Positions 36,801 through 43,449 of a stretch of 64,000 nt of DNA are shown piece by piece; the stretch's first letter is position 1, and every line of letters starts with the position of its first letter. Position numbers and translations under genes: made by a program. Source of the stretch: Deltaproteobacteria bacterium (GTDB lineage: Bacteria > Myxococcota_A > UBA9160 > SZUA-336); NCBI GenBank assembly GCA_029261895.1, contig JAJDAK010000011.1, positions 3,424-67,423 on the forward strand, read 5' to 3'. The notes beneath the pieces are model-generated. The model was given only the letters and a program-made list of their open reading frames with translations, was not told where the DNA came from and did not search any database.

Positions 36801-37422
36801 CCGTGCTTCCATCCGGCGTTGCCGCGAGCGCGCGCGGCGTATCCCCAAACACGGTAATAATGGTGAGCGGCGTGCCCCCCGCCGGTGCGCCCAGACTATT
36901 CGCATCAAAGACCCAGATGTCGGCGCGCCCAATGCCTTCGGTGGTTAACTGGGGATCCATGGGGCTGTTTTGACCACGATGCGCAGTGGTGATGAACGCG
37001 CGCGGAAACGGTTGATTCGGATCCGTGCGCATACCCGCAAAAACGATGTCACGCGGTTCGTCACCGGTGTGCAGCGTACGGACGACCCGCGCCGGCATGG
37101 TGGAAGCGTCAATAATCGAAACGCTGTCGGAAAGATGATTGACGACCCAAATCTCAGTGTTCGTGCGCGCAGCGATTGCGACGGGTTCGAGACCAACAGG
37201 AATCGAATGCAGATGACTGAGACCGGCAGAGGTGATTGCGAAAACCTCGACGCGATTGTCCGGCGTATTGGTCACGTAGAGCCGGCTACCATCCGGAGAA
37301 AGTGCCATCGGCCGCACCGAGCCCGACTCGAACGCGACAAACGATTGCGCCGCTTGCGCGAATGCCGGTAGCGCGAATGCCATCAATAGGATCAAAACGC
37401 CAGATCGAATACGCCGTGCCAT
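33853..37422 (-). CDS. Large secreted multidomain protein: signal peptide, YVTN-type beta-propeller, di-heme cytochrome c peroxidase/MauG-family domain, TSP3-like Ca-binding repeats, C-terminal repeated Cys modules
   Basis: ORF track 33853..37524. The start at the ATG at 37422 is the one that gives a signal peptide (MARRIRSGVLILLMAFALPAFAQA). Two CxxCH motifs: CSSCH...MHWRGDRTG and CVGCH...KIPHLRNMY. Also DRDEDAVLDGDDNCEITANPSQLDFDADGVGDACDGGD. Confidence 0.75.
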   Translation of the reverse strand: MARRIRSGVLILLMAFALPAFAQAAQSFVAFESGSVRPMALSPDGSRLYVTNTPDNRVEVFAITSAGLSHLHSIPVGLEPVAIAARTNTEIWVVNHLSDSVSIIDASTMPARVVRTLHTGDEPRDIVFAGMRTDPNQPFPRAFITTAHRGQNSPMDPQLTTEGIGRADIWVFDANSLGAPAGGTPLTIITVFGDTPRALAATPDGSTVYAGVFMSGNQTTSVSEGAVCDGGGLVGPCVIEGVNMPGGSPLPNQSVEGDDAPETGLVVKYDGTHWVDELDRVWDNAVRFDLPDYDVFTLDALANPPVEDPAGRYAHVGTILFNMAVNPVNGKVYVSNTDSQNHVRFEGPGTIATTVRGQLAQSRITILDGAAVLPRHLNKHIPYAASPMPADVKGKSLATPVEMALTSDGTTIYVAAFGSSKVGIFSTAELESNTFAPDPNDHVIVSGGGPAGLVLDEARQQLYVLTRFDNGLSVIDTTTHDEIAHHVLHNPEPDHVIAGRRFLYDANFTSSNGEASCSSCHIFADKDELGWDLGDPDGSIVANPIPTRLEIAASFFNVTNEHHPMKGPMTTQTLRGMLNSGSMHWRGDRTGGNDPNGDPFDSDAAFKKFNVAFGGLVGRDEGDLSDEEMQAFTDFILDVTLPPNPIRNLDNSLTADEQAGRDFMTGSRRSDGADFDLPGIQLGFNCVGCHVLDPSQGFFGTDGGASFENEPQFMKIPHLRNMYTKIGMFGMPLVQFFEAGDNDHKGDQVRGFGFLHDGSTDTLFRFLRADVFSSDPNVNPFPDIIPGSQEGVGFDGPDDGDVKRRQVEAFALAFETDLAPIVGQQMTLDDPNDIDQNARIDLLVARASTPFVKADDPSANECDLVVKGLFGGEARGWVMNGSGDFVSDRANEAPLTDAALRGLAGGGTELTYTCVPPASGVRIGIDRDEDAVLDGDDNCEITANPSQLDFDADGVGDACDGGDPFVSYRVAKSKGTPKFSTVDVSLEDPTFAESANFKVRRALRLALPADYDGTAVEDSATHLEGYLVSLLGGQPKHTKRSGIQVTTLLGTVSVDTLKADRLLVPTLKDLAQPLPEPIDSSTHQVDHYLCYKLKRVGGFDRVEDVPILDQFEDRLYDIIRPTHLCNATDKNGEGVKDAARHLLCYRAKRAPKQAAHTKRSNIHVHPQFGPEELASKGESEVCLSAAVLF

Positions 37423-37552
37423 GAACCATCCCTCCCAGCTTTGAAAAGCGCGTGCCTCTCGGAAAACTACATACATGCACGCGGCTCTACTCGAATGTAG
37501 TCTGAGCAGGAAGAAAAGTGGCATAATTTTATAAATTTACAGTATGAATGCA

Positions 37553-38509
37553 TTATCGATAGATGCTATGAGTCACGCAGTGGACGGCGCCGTACTTTCG
37601 CATCATGGCTCGGGCAGGAATCGGTATCACCGCAAAGCCAATCTCACGATAGGCCGCAAGCGCGGCTTCATCACCGGGCAGATGATAGACCGGAACAAAA
37701 CCATCGGAGTCAATGAGCAAACTATTGATGTAGCTCGCATAGACGCCGTCGCCCGGTACGGCGTGTGGAATCTTTAGTAGCTGGTATCCCGCACGGCGTA
37801 GTCGCGCGTAATTGATTTCCATCACGTGCTGCGCCTGACTGCCCGCGGGAAACGCCGCAACCAACGCACGTTGGTCGGCCAAGATCTGCGTGTGAAGATC
37901 GATGTGGCCCGTGCGCTCGCCCGGAAGGGCTTTCAACGACACCGCTTCCCGACAACCGAGTTGCCGTAGCACACGCGAACGCGTCGTCTGCGCCCGCGGA
38001 TTTTTGAATACGGTTTCACCAAGGAAACAGCGCCCGGAAGCATCGGCCTGGAAGTTTCCACCCGCCAAGTTTACCTGCCATCCGACACCAGTCGCGTGTG
38101 CCACGCCCTGCTCCACTGCAATACGCCGCGGCAAATCGTCATCACCACCACTACGTCCGTAGTGATGATCGATCACGCGGAGCTCATGCTGGTCACGCAC
38201 CCAAAACGGTCCATAATCGCGAATCCAATACGTACGAAGGTCCGCGACTCGCAGCTCCGCCGCCGGCAGGCGAGCTTGTACAGCGACACGACACGCCGCA
38301 GACACGTAGACGACCAACGGATACTTCGCCGCGATCCGCTCCGCTAGAAAACTGACTTCTTCAGTAACCGCAGCATCGCCATCCCCACAGCCAGGAAAAG
38401 CCATCATGACTTTTTCGGGATGCGTGAAGGTCGGGACGGGAAACAGCGTCGATGATGAAGTCGCACAGCTGCAGAGAAGGAGCATCGCTAGCGGCCTATA
38501 CCAGCTCAA
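37553..38509 (-). CDS. Agmatine deiminase / Porphyromonas-type peptidyl-arginine deiminase family protein, secreted
   Basis: 318 aa. IRDYGP...GGNF...HIDL...YGAVHCVTH with the catalytic Cys near the C-terminus. N-terminal signal peptide. Confidence 0.65.
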   Translation of the reverse strand: MSWYRPLAMLLLCSCATSSSTLFPVPTFTHPEKVMMAFPGCGDGDAAVTEEVSFLAERIAAKYPLVVYVSAACRVAVQARLPAAELRVADLRTYWIRDYGPFWVRDQHELRVIDHHYGRSGGDDDLPRRIAVEQGVAHATGVGWQVNLAGGNFQADASGRCFLGETVFKNPRAQTTRSRVLRQLGCREAVSLKALPGERTGHIDLHTQILADQRALVAAFPAGSQAQHVMEINYARLRRAGYQLLKIPHAVPGDGVYASYINSLLIDSDGFVPVYHLPGDEAALAAYREIGFAVIPIPARAMMRKYGAVHCVTHSIYR

Positions 38510-39492
38510 CGATTCGGCGCGACCTCACCTTCGAAGTAGCGACGCGGATTCTCCTCGAAAATCACTCGCTCGTCTTCTTCGGTCAGCCCTTGATTCCGCA
38601 TCTCGGGAAGAATGCGTTTGAAGAGATGTGTCGCGTTCCAATCCGGCGCGAGCCGTTCCACGATTCCCGCAGGGAATACCTTGCCGTCAATAATCGGACG
38701 ACCCAACCAGGTACAGATCGAATCGTGAGAGAGAAAGATCGAGCGTCGATAGCCGGCTTGAACCATCGCCATCACACTCTTGATCCGTTCTTCATCGGGA
38801 ATAATGGTGTGGATCCCAAAGCGATCGAACCCAAGATATGCGCCCGCGTCGGCCAGACTGCGATGATACGCGTGATCACTTCGTCCGTCGGAATGCCCCA
38901 CCATGATTCGATGCGCTGGAACGCCTGCGTCGATCAGAATCTGCAATTGCTCTTGGCCACAGCACGCATCGTCGGTGTGGGTCAAAACCGGGCAGCCGAC
39001 TTCGGCGGCCGCCATTCCGCCCGCGGTGAGGAGTTTGAGTTCATACGGTGAAATTGTGGGTGAGCCTGTTGCGACTTTTACGAGTCCCGCACGAATGCCA
39101 GTATCACCGACTCCCTCGGTCAGCTCCTTGATGTAAATATCGCGAATCTCTTCCATCGGTAGGGCCGCAAAGGTGTACGTGAGTCCTTGATCTTCTTTGT
39201 AAGCGCCCGTCGCGCAGATCACCCTCATGCCAGATCGCTGCGCAACCTCGGCCATGAATTCGACGTCGCGACCGAGGTCGACCGGGCATGGATCCAGGTA
39301 GGTGGCAACACCGTGTCCCTGGAGCTCTTGAAGCTTATCGATCGCACGCACACGAACTTCTTCGCGGGTGTACGTCGGTGCGAGCCCGTCCATCTCCCAC
39401 CCCGGGAAGCCGATTTTCAAATGCTCGTGCACCAGTGTTGTGCCGAGTTCCGAGGAGTCACAGGGACCGGTGACGGTTTGAACCTTCGCCAC
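38506..39492 (-). CDS. Phosphotriesterase-family (PTE/PHP) metal-dependent hydrolase
   Basis: 328 aa. TLVHEHL near the N-terminus, with the rest of the amidohydrolase-superfamily pattern. Confidence 0.75.
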   Translation of the reverse strand: MAKVQTVTGPCDSSELGTTLVHEHLKIGFPGWEMDGLAPTYTREEVRVRAIDKLQELQGHGVATYLDPCPVDLGRDVEFMAEVAQRSGMRVICATGAYKEDQGLTYTFAALPMEEIRDIYIKELTEGVGDTGIRAGLVKVATGSPTISPYELKLLTAGGMAAAEVGCPVLTHTDDACCGQEQLQILIDAGVPAHRIMVGHSDGRSDHAYHRSLADAGAYLGFDRFGIHTIIPDEERIKSVMAMVQAGYRRSIFLSHDSICTWLGRPIIDGKVFPAGIVERLAPDWNATHLFKRILPEMRNQGLTEEDERVIFEENPRRYFEGEVAPNR

Positions 39493-39493
39493 C

Positions 39494-39874
39494 TCAGGCG
39501 TTCTCCGCTCGCGTGAACATGTACGCCCAGGCGATCAATAGGAACTGAAACGGCAGGCGGATCCAATTGATTATTCCACCGTCGCTCATTTCACCCAGTG
39601 GGATATTGTTCAACGCGACATGAATATTGGCGGGGAAAATCGCAATGAATAGTGCAATCAAGCCCCAGGCCGCGAGCACACGAAAGCGGGGAATCAGTAC
39701 AGCAGCGCCAAGCGCGATTTCCGCCACACCGGACAACCAAATCAGGAAGTCATGCGCGGGCAAGTACGGCGGCATCATCGGTTGATAGAACTCTGGACTT
39801 ACGAAGTGAGGCACACCGGCGCCGATCATCACGACACCTAGAAGCCAAAGAAGAATGCGTTTGGTTAGACTCAT
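39494..39874 (-). CDS. DoxX/YqjF-like small membrane protein
   Basis: 126 aa with 4 hydrophobic segments. Confidence 0.45.
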   Translation of the reverse strand: MSLTKRILLWLLGVVMIGAGVPHFVSPEFYQPMMPPYLPAHDFLIWLSGVAEIALGAAVLIPRFRVLAAWGLIALFIAIFPANIHVALNNIPLGEMSDGGIINWIRLPFQFLLIAWAYMFTRAENA

Positions 39875-39914
39875 CGCGACATTATCGCGCGAAAGTCCGC
39901 AGGACGGTGAATTT

Positions 39915-40880
39915 TTAGTGGAGCGTGTCCTTCAGCTCTTCCGCGGCCTCATAGATACGCTTCATCTGTTGCTCGTTGAGGCCGAGCAATTCCCGTGCTT
40001 CGTCGAGCACTCGTTCCGGCGTCCGGTCGACACTCGATAAACCGGTCAGGCACGCGACTTCGACTTCGCTGACCCCTTCCGGCGTCTCATCCTCTCCCGG
40101 CACCACGCCCAGTCCCAACTCGTGCGCGATGTGATCTGCGAGCGCGACCGTGGCGGCCATGGGATGTCCTTGACCGTCGATCTTGACTCGGTGGTGTGCG
40201 CTTACAACGAGCTGAATGTCCAGCGGCAGATCCCAAAACTTTGCCATCAGAACGCCGGCTTCATGATGCATTCGGTGGATACCTGGCCAGACAGAGATCA
40301 GGTCAGGTCGCTTCCACTTGCCATTGGGTTCACTGAGCGCGACCAGCGTTCCCGCGATGCCGACATCGTGCATCAGGCCACAGAGAAACGCGAACTCACC
40401 CTCGATCGAAGTGTACTTGCAAATCGTTCGGCAAAGATGTGCCGTGAACGCGCTATGACGGCGCAGGCGTTCCATCGTGTCGGTGTACGCATCGGATCGA
40501 AAGACGCGCATGTTCATCGAAACTTCAATCACGATGTCACGCAACGTGTTAAGCCCTAGGCGCACAACGGCGTTTTTCAGTGAGGTGATCTCCACGGCGC
40601 CACAGTAAATCGGTGAGCGAACCAGCTTGAGCACTTTGCCCGCAAGCATGGTGTCTTGTTCAAGTACAGCTACGACTTCTTCGAAACGAACATCCGGTTT
40701 TTGCGAGAGTTCCATCAACTCCATCGCAACTTTCGGCAACGTGGGCGGCCGGTAACCTGGCGCGGTAAAAATCTCGAGTAATCGACCGGTGAATTCGTCG
40801 TCCGCGATCAGCGCGTCGTCATCATCCGAGAGCTGAACCTGTCCCTCTCCGTAGCCCTCATCTGTTTTTCGCTTGCCCAT
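39915..40880 (-). CDS. HDOD-domain signalling protein
   Basis: ORF track 39915..41009 (TTG start). The ATG at 40880 is my preferred start. HD-related motif LCGLMHDVG. Confidence 0.6.
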   Translation of the reverse strand: MGKRKTDEGYGEGQVQLSDDDDALIADDEFTGRLLEIFTAPGYRPPTLPKVAMELMELSQKPDVRFEEVVAVLEQDTMLAGKVLKLVRSPIYCGAVEITSLKNAVVRLGLNTLRDIVIEVSMNMRVFRSDAYTDTMERLRRHSAFTAHLCRTICKYTSIEGEFAFLCGLMHDVGIAGTLVALSEPNGKWKRPDLISVWPGIHRMHHEAGVLMAKFWDLPLDIQLVVSAHHRVKIDGQGHPMAATVALADHIAHELGLGVVPGEDETPEGVSEVEVACLTGLSSVDRTPERVLDEARELLGLNEQQMKRIYEAAEELKDTLH

Positions 40881-41077
40881 AGAGGTCGTCTCGCCGTTTT
40901 CTGCGCCAATCTTGAATGTCCCGGCATCGATCCAGACTCGGAAGTGCTGAGCATTACCTATCCTATTGAATTTAATAGACTTTTCTACTTTCCGACTGGG
41001 CGGTGTCAACCCAATTGCGGGCTCTGCGTTCTATCTCCTAGCAGCCCGGATTTTCGGGCGCAAAGGAAGGGACCAAG

Positions 41078-41503
41078 ATGAAGTACGGAATTGGGGCCGC
41101 AGCCCTTATGGGCGTGATAATCGGACCGCTTCATGCGGATGCGAGCGATGGGCATCGCATTGAGGATCGCTTTGATCGCAAGGGCGACAGAATTGAACGC
41201 CGCCTCGACCGCAGGGGTGATCGCATCGATCTGCGTCTGGATCACAAAGGCGACCGCATAGAAGCTCGTTATGATCGAAAGGCCGACCGCGCCCGCGCGC
41301 ACGGCAAGGATCGGTTGGCGAATCGCCTCGAGCGCAAGGGCGACCGCATCGATCGGCGCCTTGATCGCAAAGGCGATCGCATTGATCGGCGTTTGGATCG
41401 TCGCGGCGATCGTGCGGACCGACGTTGGGACCGAAAGGGCCGAAGGCACCAGCGCCACCACAACCGTCGGCATCACCGACGGCATTACCGTCGGCATCAC
41501 TAG
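41078..41503 (+). CDS. Secreted repeat protein: about 9 tandem decapeptides (RLDRKGDRID consensus) and a His/Arg-rich C-terminal tail
   Basis: 141 aa. Ribosome-binding site AGGAAGG. Signal peptide MKYGIGAAALMGVIIGPLHADA. The tail is RRHQRHHNRRHHRRHYRRHH. Confidence 0.6.
   Translation: MKYGIGAAALMGVIIGPLHADASDGHRIEDRFDRKGDRIERRLDRRGDRIDLRLDHKGDRIEARYDRKADRARAHGKDRLANRLERKGDRIDRRLDRKGDRIDRRLDRRGDRADRRWDRKGRRHQRHHNRRHHRRHYRRHH
41160..41450 (+). repeat. 30-bp tandem coding repeats (about 9 units) inside the repeat-protein gene
   Basis: Visible periodicity of gatcgcaaaggcgatcgcattgatcggcgc-like units. Confidence 0.55.
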
Positions 41504-41624
41504 ACCCGGCAAGGGCCTGCGCACATTGGATGGACTGTGCGCAGGCCCTTGAGGCAGACTAAAGTGATTCAGAATTTATCAGGGGGATGCCGCGCTGTCC
41601 GACACTCAGGCGCTGAATCGTTTC

Positions 41625-42128
41625 TTGGCCGGAATCGAACGGCGCGCGTTTCGGATTGCCGAAATCTCGGTGGGCGATCGCGAGGACGCACTCGATATCG
41701 TGCAGGACGCGATGTTCAAGCTAGTCGAGCGCTATCGTGATCGCGACGAATCGGAATGGCGCCCCCTGTTCTACAAAATACTGCAAAGCCGAATTCGAGA
41801 TCGTTATCGTCGAACGGCGGTTCGAAATCGTCTGCGCGGTTTCTTTTCCCGCGGCGATTCCGCAGACGAGGATCCGATCCAAACCGCCCCAGACCCGAAG
41901 GGCGAAACACCGGAGCGGCAGCTCGAGCAGACCCAGACCATGGACTCGATCGACCAGGCATTGCGAACCTTGCCTACGCGACAACAACAAGCTTTTCTAC
42001 TTCGGGCATGGGAGGGGATGGCCGTCGCCGAAACCGCGGCGGCCATGGGATGTTCCGCAGGTAGCGTAAAAACCCACTATCATCGTGCCGTACATGCGTT
42101 GCGAGCCATACTAGAGAGCACGGAATGA
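41625..42128 (+). CDS. ECF-type RNA polymerase sigma-70 factor (RpoE-like). The true start probably lies about 30-50 nt upstream at a non-ATG codon.
   Basis: ORF track TTG start. Region 2 reads ALDIVQDAMFKLVERY...WRPLFYKILQSRIRDRYRR and region 4 reads AFLLRAWEGMAVAETAAAMGCSAGSVKTHYHRA. The in-frame upstream stretch SDTQALNRFLAGIERRAF looks like sigma region 2.1 but has no ATG or GTG. Confidence 0.7.
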   Translation: MAGIERRAFRIAEISVGDREDALDIVQDAMFKLVERYRDRDESEWRPLFYKILQSRIRDRYRRTAVRNRLRGFFSRGDSADEDPIQTAPDPKGETPERQLEQTQTMDSIDQALRTLPTRQQQAFLLRAWEGMAVAETAAAMGCSAGSVKTHYHRAVHALRAILESTE

Positions 42129-42469
42129 GTCGAAATCGAGACGAAGAAGAATTCACAGATCGTGTGAAGGCGAAGCTGGACCAAACGGCCGACCCGCTCG
42201 ATGCGAATACGCTCACGCGATTGCAGCAGATTCGTCTCGCTGCTCTAGCACGCGCGGAAACGGAGAAACGTCCACGCAGCTGGCTGCCCGTGGGTGGGGT
42301 CTTGGCGGCGACAGCTGCGTTAGCACTTTTCCTGCTCAACAAGGACTCGATTCCAAACGCTGAGCTTGATGCGAATGAGCTCGACATCCTCGCTTCGAGT
42401 GACGAAGTCGAACTGTACGAAGACTTAGAATTTTACCAGTGGCTGGACGCCGACGAAGAGCAAAGCTAA
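42125..42469 (+). CDS. DUF3619-like single-pass membrane protein, putative anti-sigma factor
   Basis: 114 aa. ATGA overlap with the sigma stop. One TM helix (VGGVLAATAALALFLL) and an acidic C-terminus. Confidence 0.5.
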   Translation: MSRNRDEEEFTDRVKAKLDQTADPLDANTLTRLQQIRLAALARAETEKRPRSWLPVGGVLAATAALALFLLNKDSIPNAELDANELDILASSDEVELYEDLEFYQWLDADEEQS

Positions 42470-43060
42470 ATGGCTCGCCCTCCTGTTACTCATACTGGCT
42501 CCGTACGTGGTCACAAGAGCTGCGGGTTCCTGCTCGTTGGGCTGCTGGTTTTCGCGACCGTGGCGAACGCCGACGAGGCCGTGCCTTGGGAATCTTTGAG
42601 CGAATCCGAACGCGAAGTATTGGCACCGCTAGAAGAGACATGGTCCGAGCTTCCGGCAAAACGTCAGCGACGTTTGCAACGTGGAGCGGCGCGTTGGGAG
42701 ACGATGGACAAGGGTGAACGCGACGGTGCGCGTAAAAAGATGCAGCGCTGGCGTGGCCTTTCAGCTGAGAAACGACAGCGCATACGCCAACGCTTCGATC
42801 GTTTCCAAAGCCTGCCAGCTGAAACCCAGGAACGTTTACGAAAGCGTCGGCGCTGGTTCCAGAGCTTGCCCAAAGAGCGCCAAGATAAGTTGCGGGAGAA
42901 ATGGCGCGGCATGACGGCAGAGGAGCGTCGGGATACTGCGAGAAAATGGAATCAGAAACGCCGAGAGCGTTTGCAGAAGAAAAAACGCTACAAGAAGAAG
43001 CTCCGACAGCAGCAGCGTGACCAGAAACAGCAGCGCCGTCAGGGCCGTGACAGCGAATGA
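42470..43060 (+). CDS. DUF3106-family periplasmic repeat protein
   Basis: 196 aa. Signal/TM segment, then repeated W..L.PE.R..LR..W motifs (WSELPAKRQRRLQRGAARW; LSAEKRQRIRQRFDRFQSLPAETQERLRKRRRWFQSLPKERQDKLREKWRGMTAEERRD). Confidence 0.6.
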   Translation: MARPPVTHTGSVRGHKSCGFLLVGLLVFATVANADEAVPWESLSESEREVLAPLEETWSELPAKRQRRLQRGAARWETMDKGERDGARKKMQRWRGLSAEKRQRIRQRFDRFQSLPAETQERLRKRRRWFQSLPKERQDKLREKWRGMTAEERRDTARKWNQKRRERLQKKKRYKKKLRQQQRDQKQQRRQGRDSE

Positions 43061-43449
43061 GCGAACGCGCCACCGGTTTCCTGCTCTGGCTTATCTTCGT
43101 TTGTGTGCTCCCGCTACCGTTCTTTCTGGTCGTAACGGGTTGGGTTCCCGTCTGGCGGCTATTTCAACTCAGTACCGCACTTGTCGAGGTACGGATCGAG
43201 CAAGGGGGTCAAGGAGCGATTGACTTCGCGCTCGTGATCTTACTCACGCAGGCGGTCGTCGGGACAATGCTATGGGGGTATCTCGCAAAACGCGCCGCGG
43301 CCTTATTGCCCAACTCGACGCGCATGAGATTGATCAGCGTTCTTATGATCGGCGTCGTGTCATTCACGCTCGCGAGTCAATTCGACGTCTACGGCACGCC
43401 TTTCAGGCAAAAGGCGTTACGTGGGACCCTGCTTGAGGTCGCGGAGTGA
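43057..43449 (+). CDS. Small integral membrane protein, function unknown
   Basis: 130 aa with 4 hydrophobic segments. 4-nt overlaps with both flanking genes. Confidence 0.45.
   Translation: MSERATGFLLWLIFVCVLPLPFFLVVTGWVPVWRLFQLSTALVEVRIEQGGQGAIDFALVILLTQAVVGTMLWGYLAKRAAALLPNSTRMRLISVLMIGVVSFTLASQFDVYGTPFRQKALRGTLLEVAE

Noticed and set aside
41006-41524. 172-aa minus-strand ORF overlapping the decapeptide-repeat gene
   Set aside because: The plus-strand frame has a strong ribosome-binding site and a signal peptide, and it fits the intergenic gap. The minus-strand product is a low-complexity A/V/I-rich mirror of the repeats.
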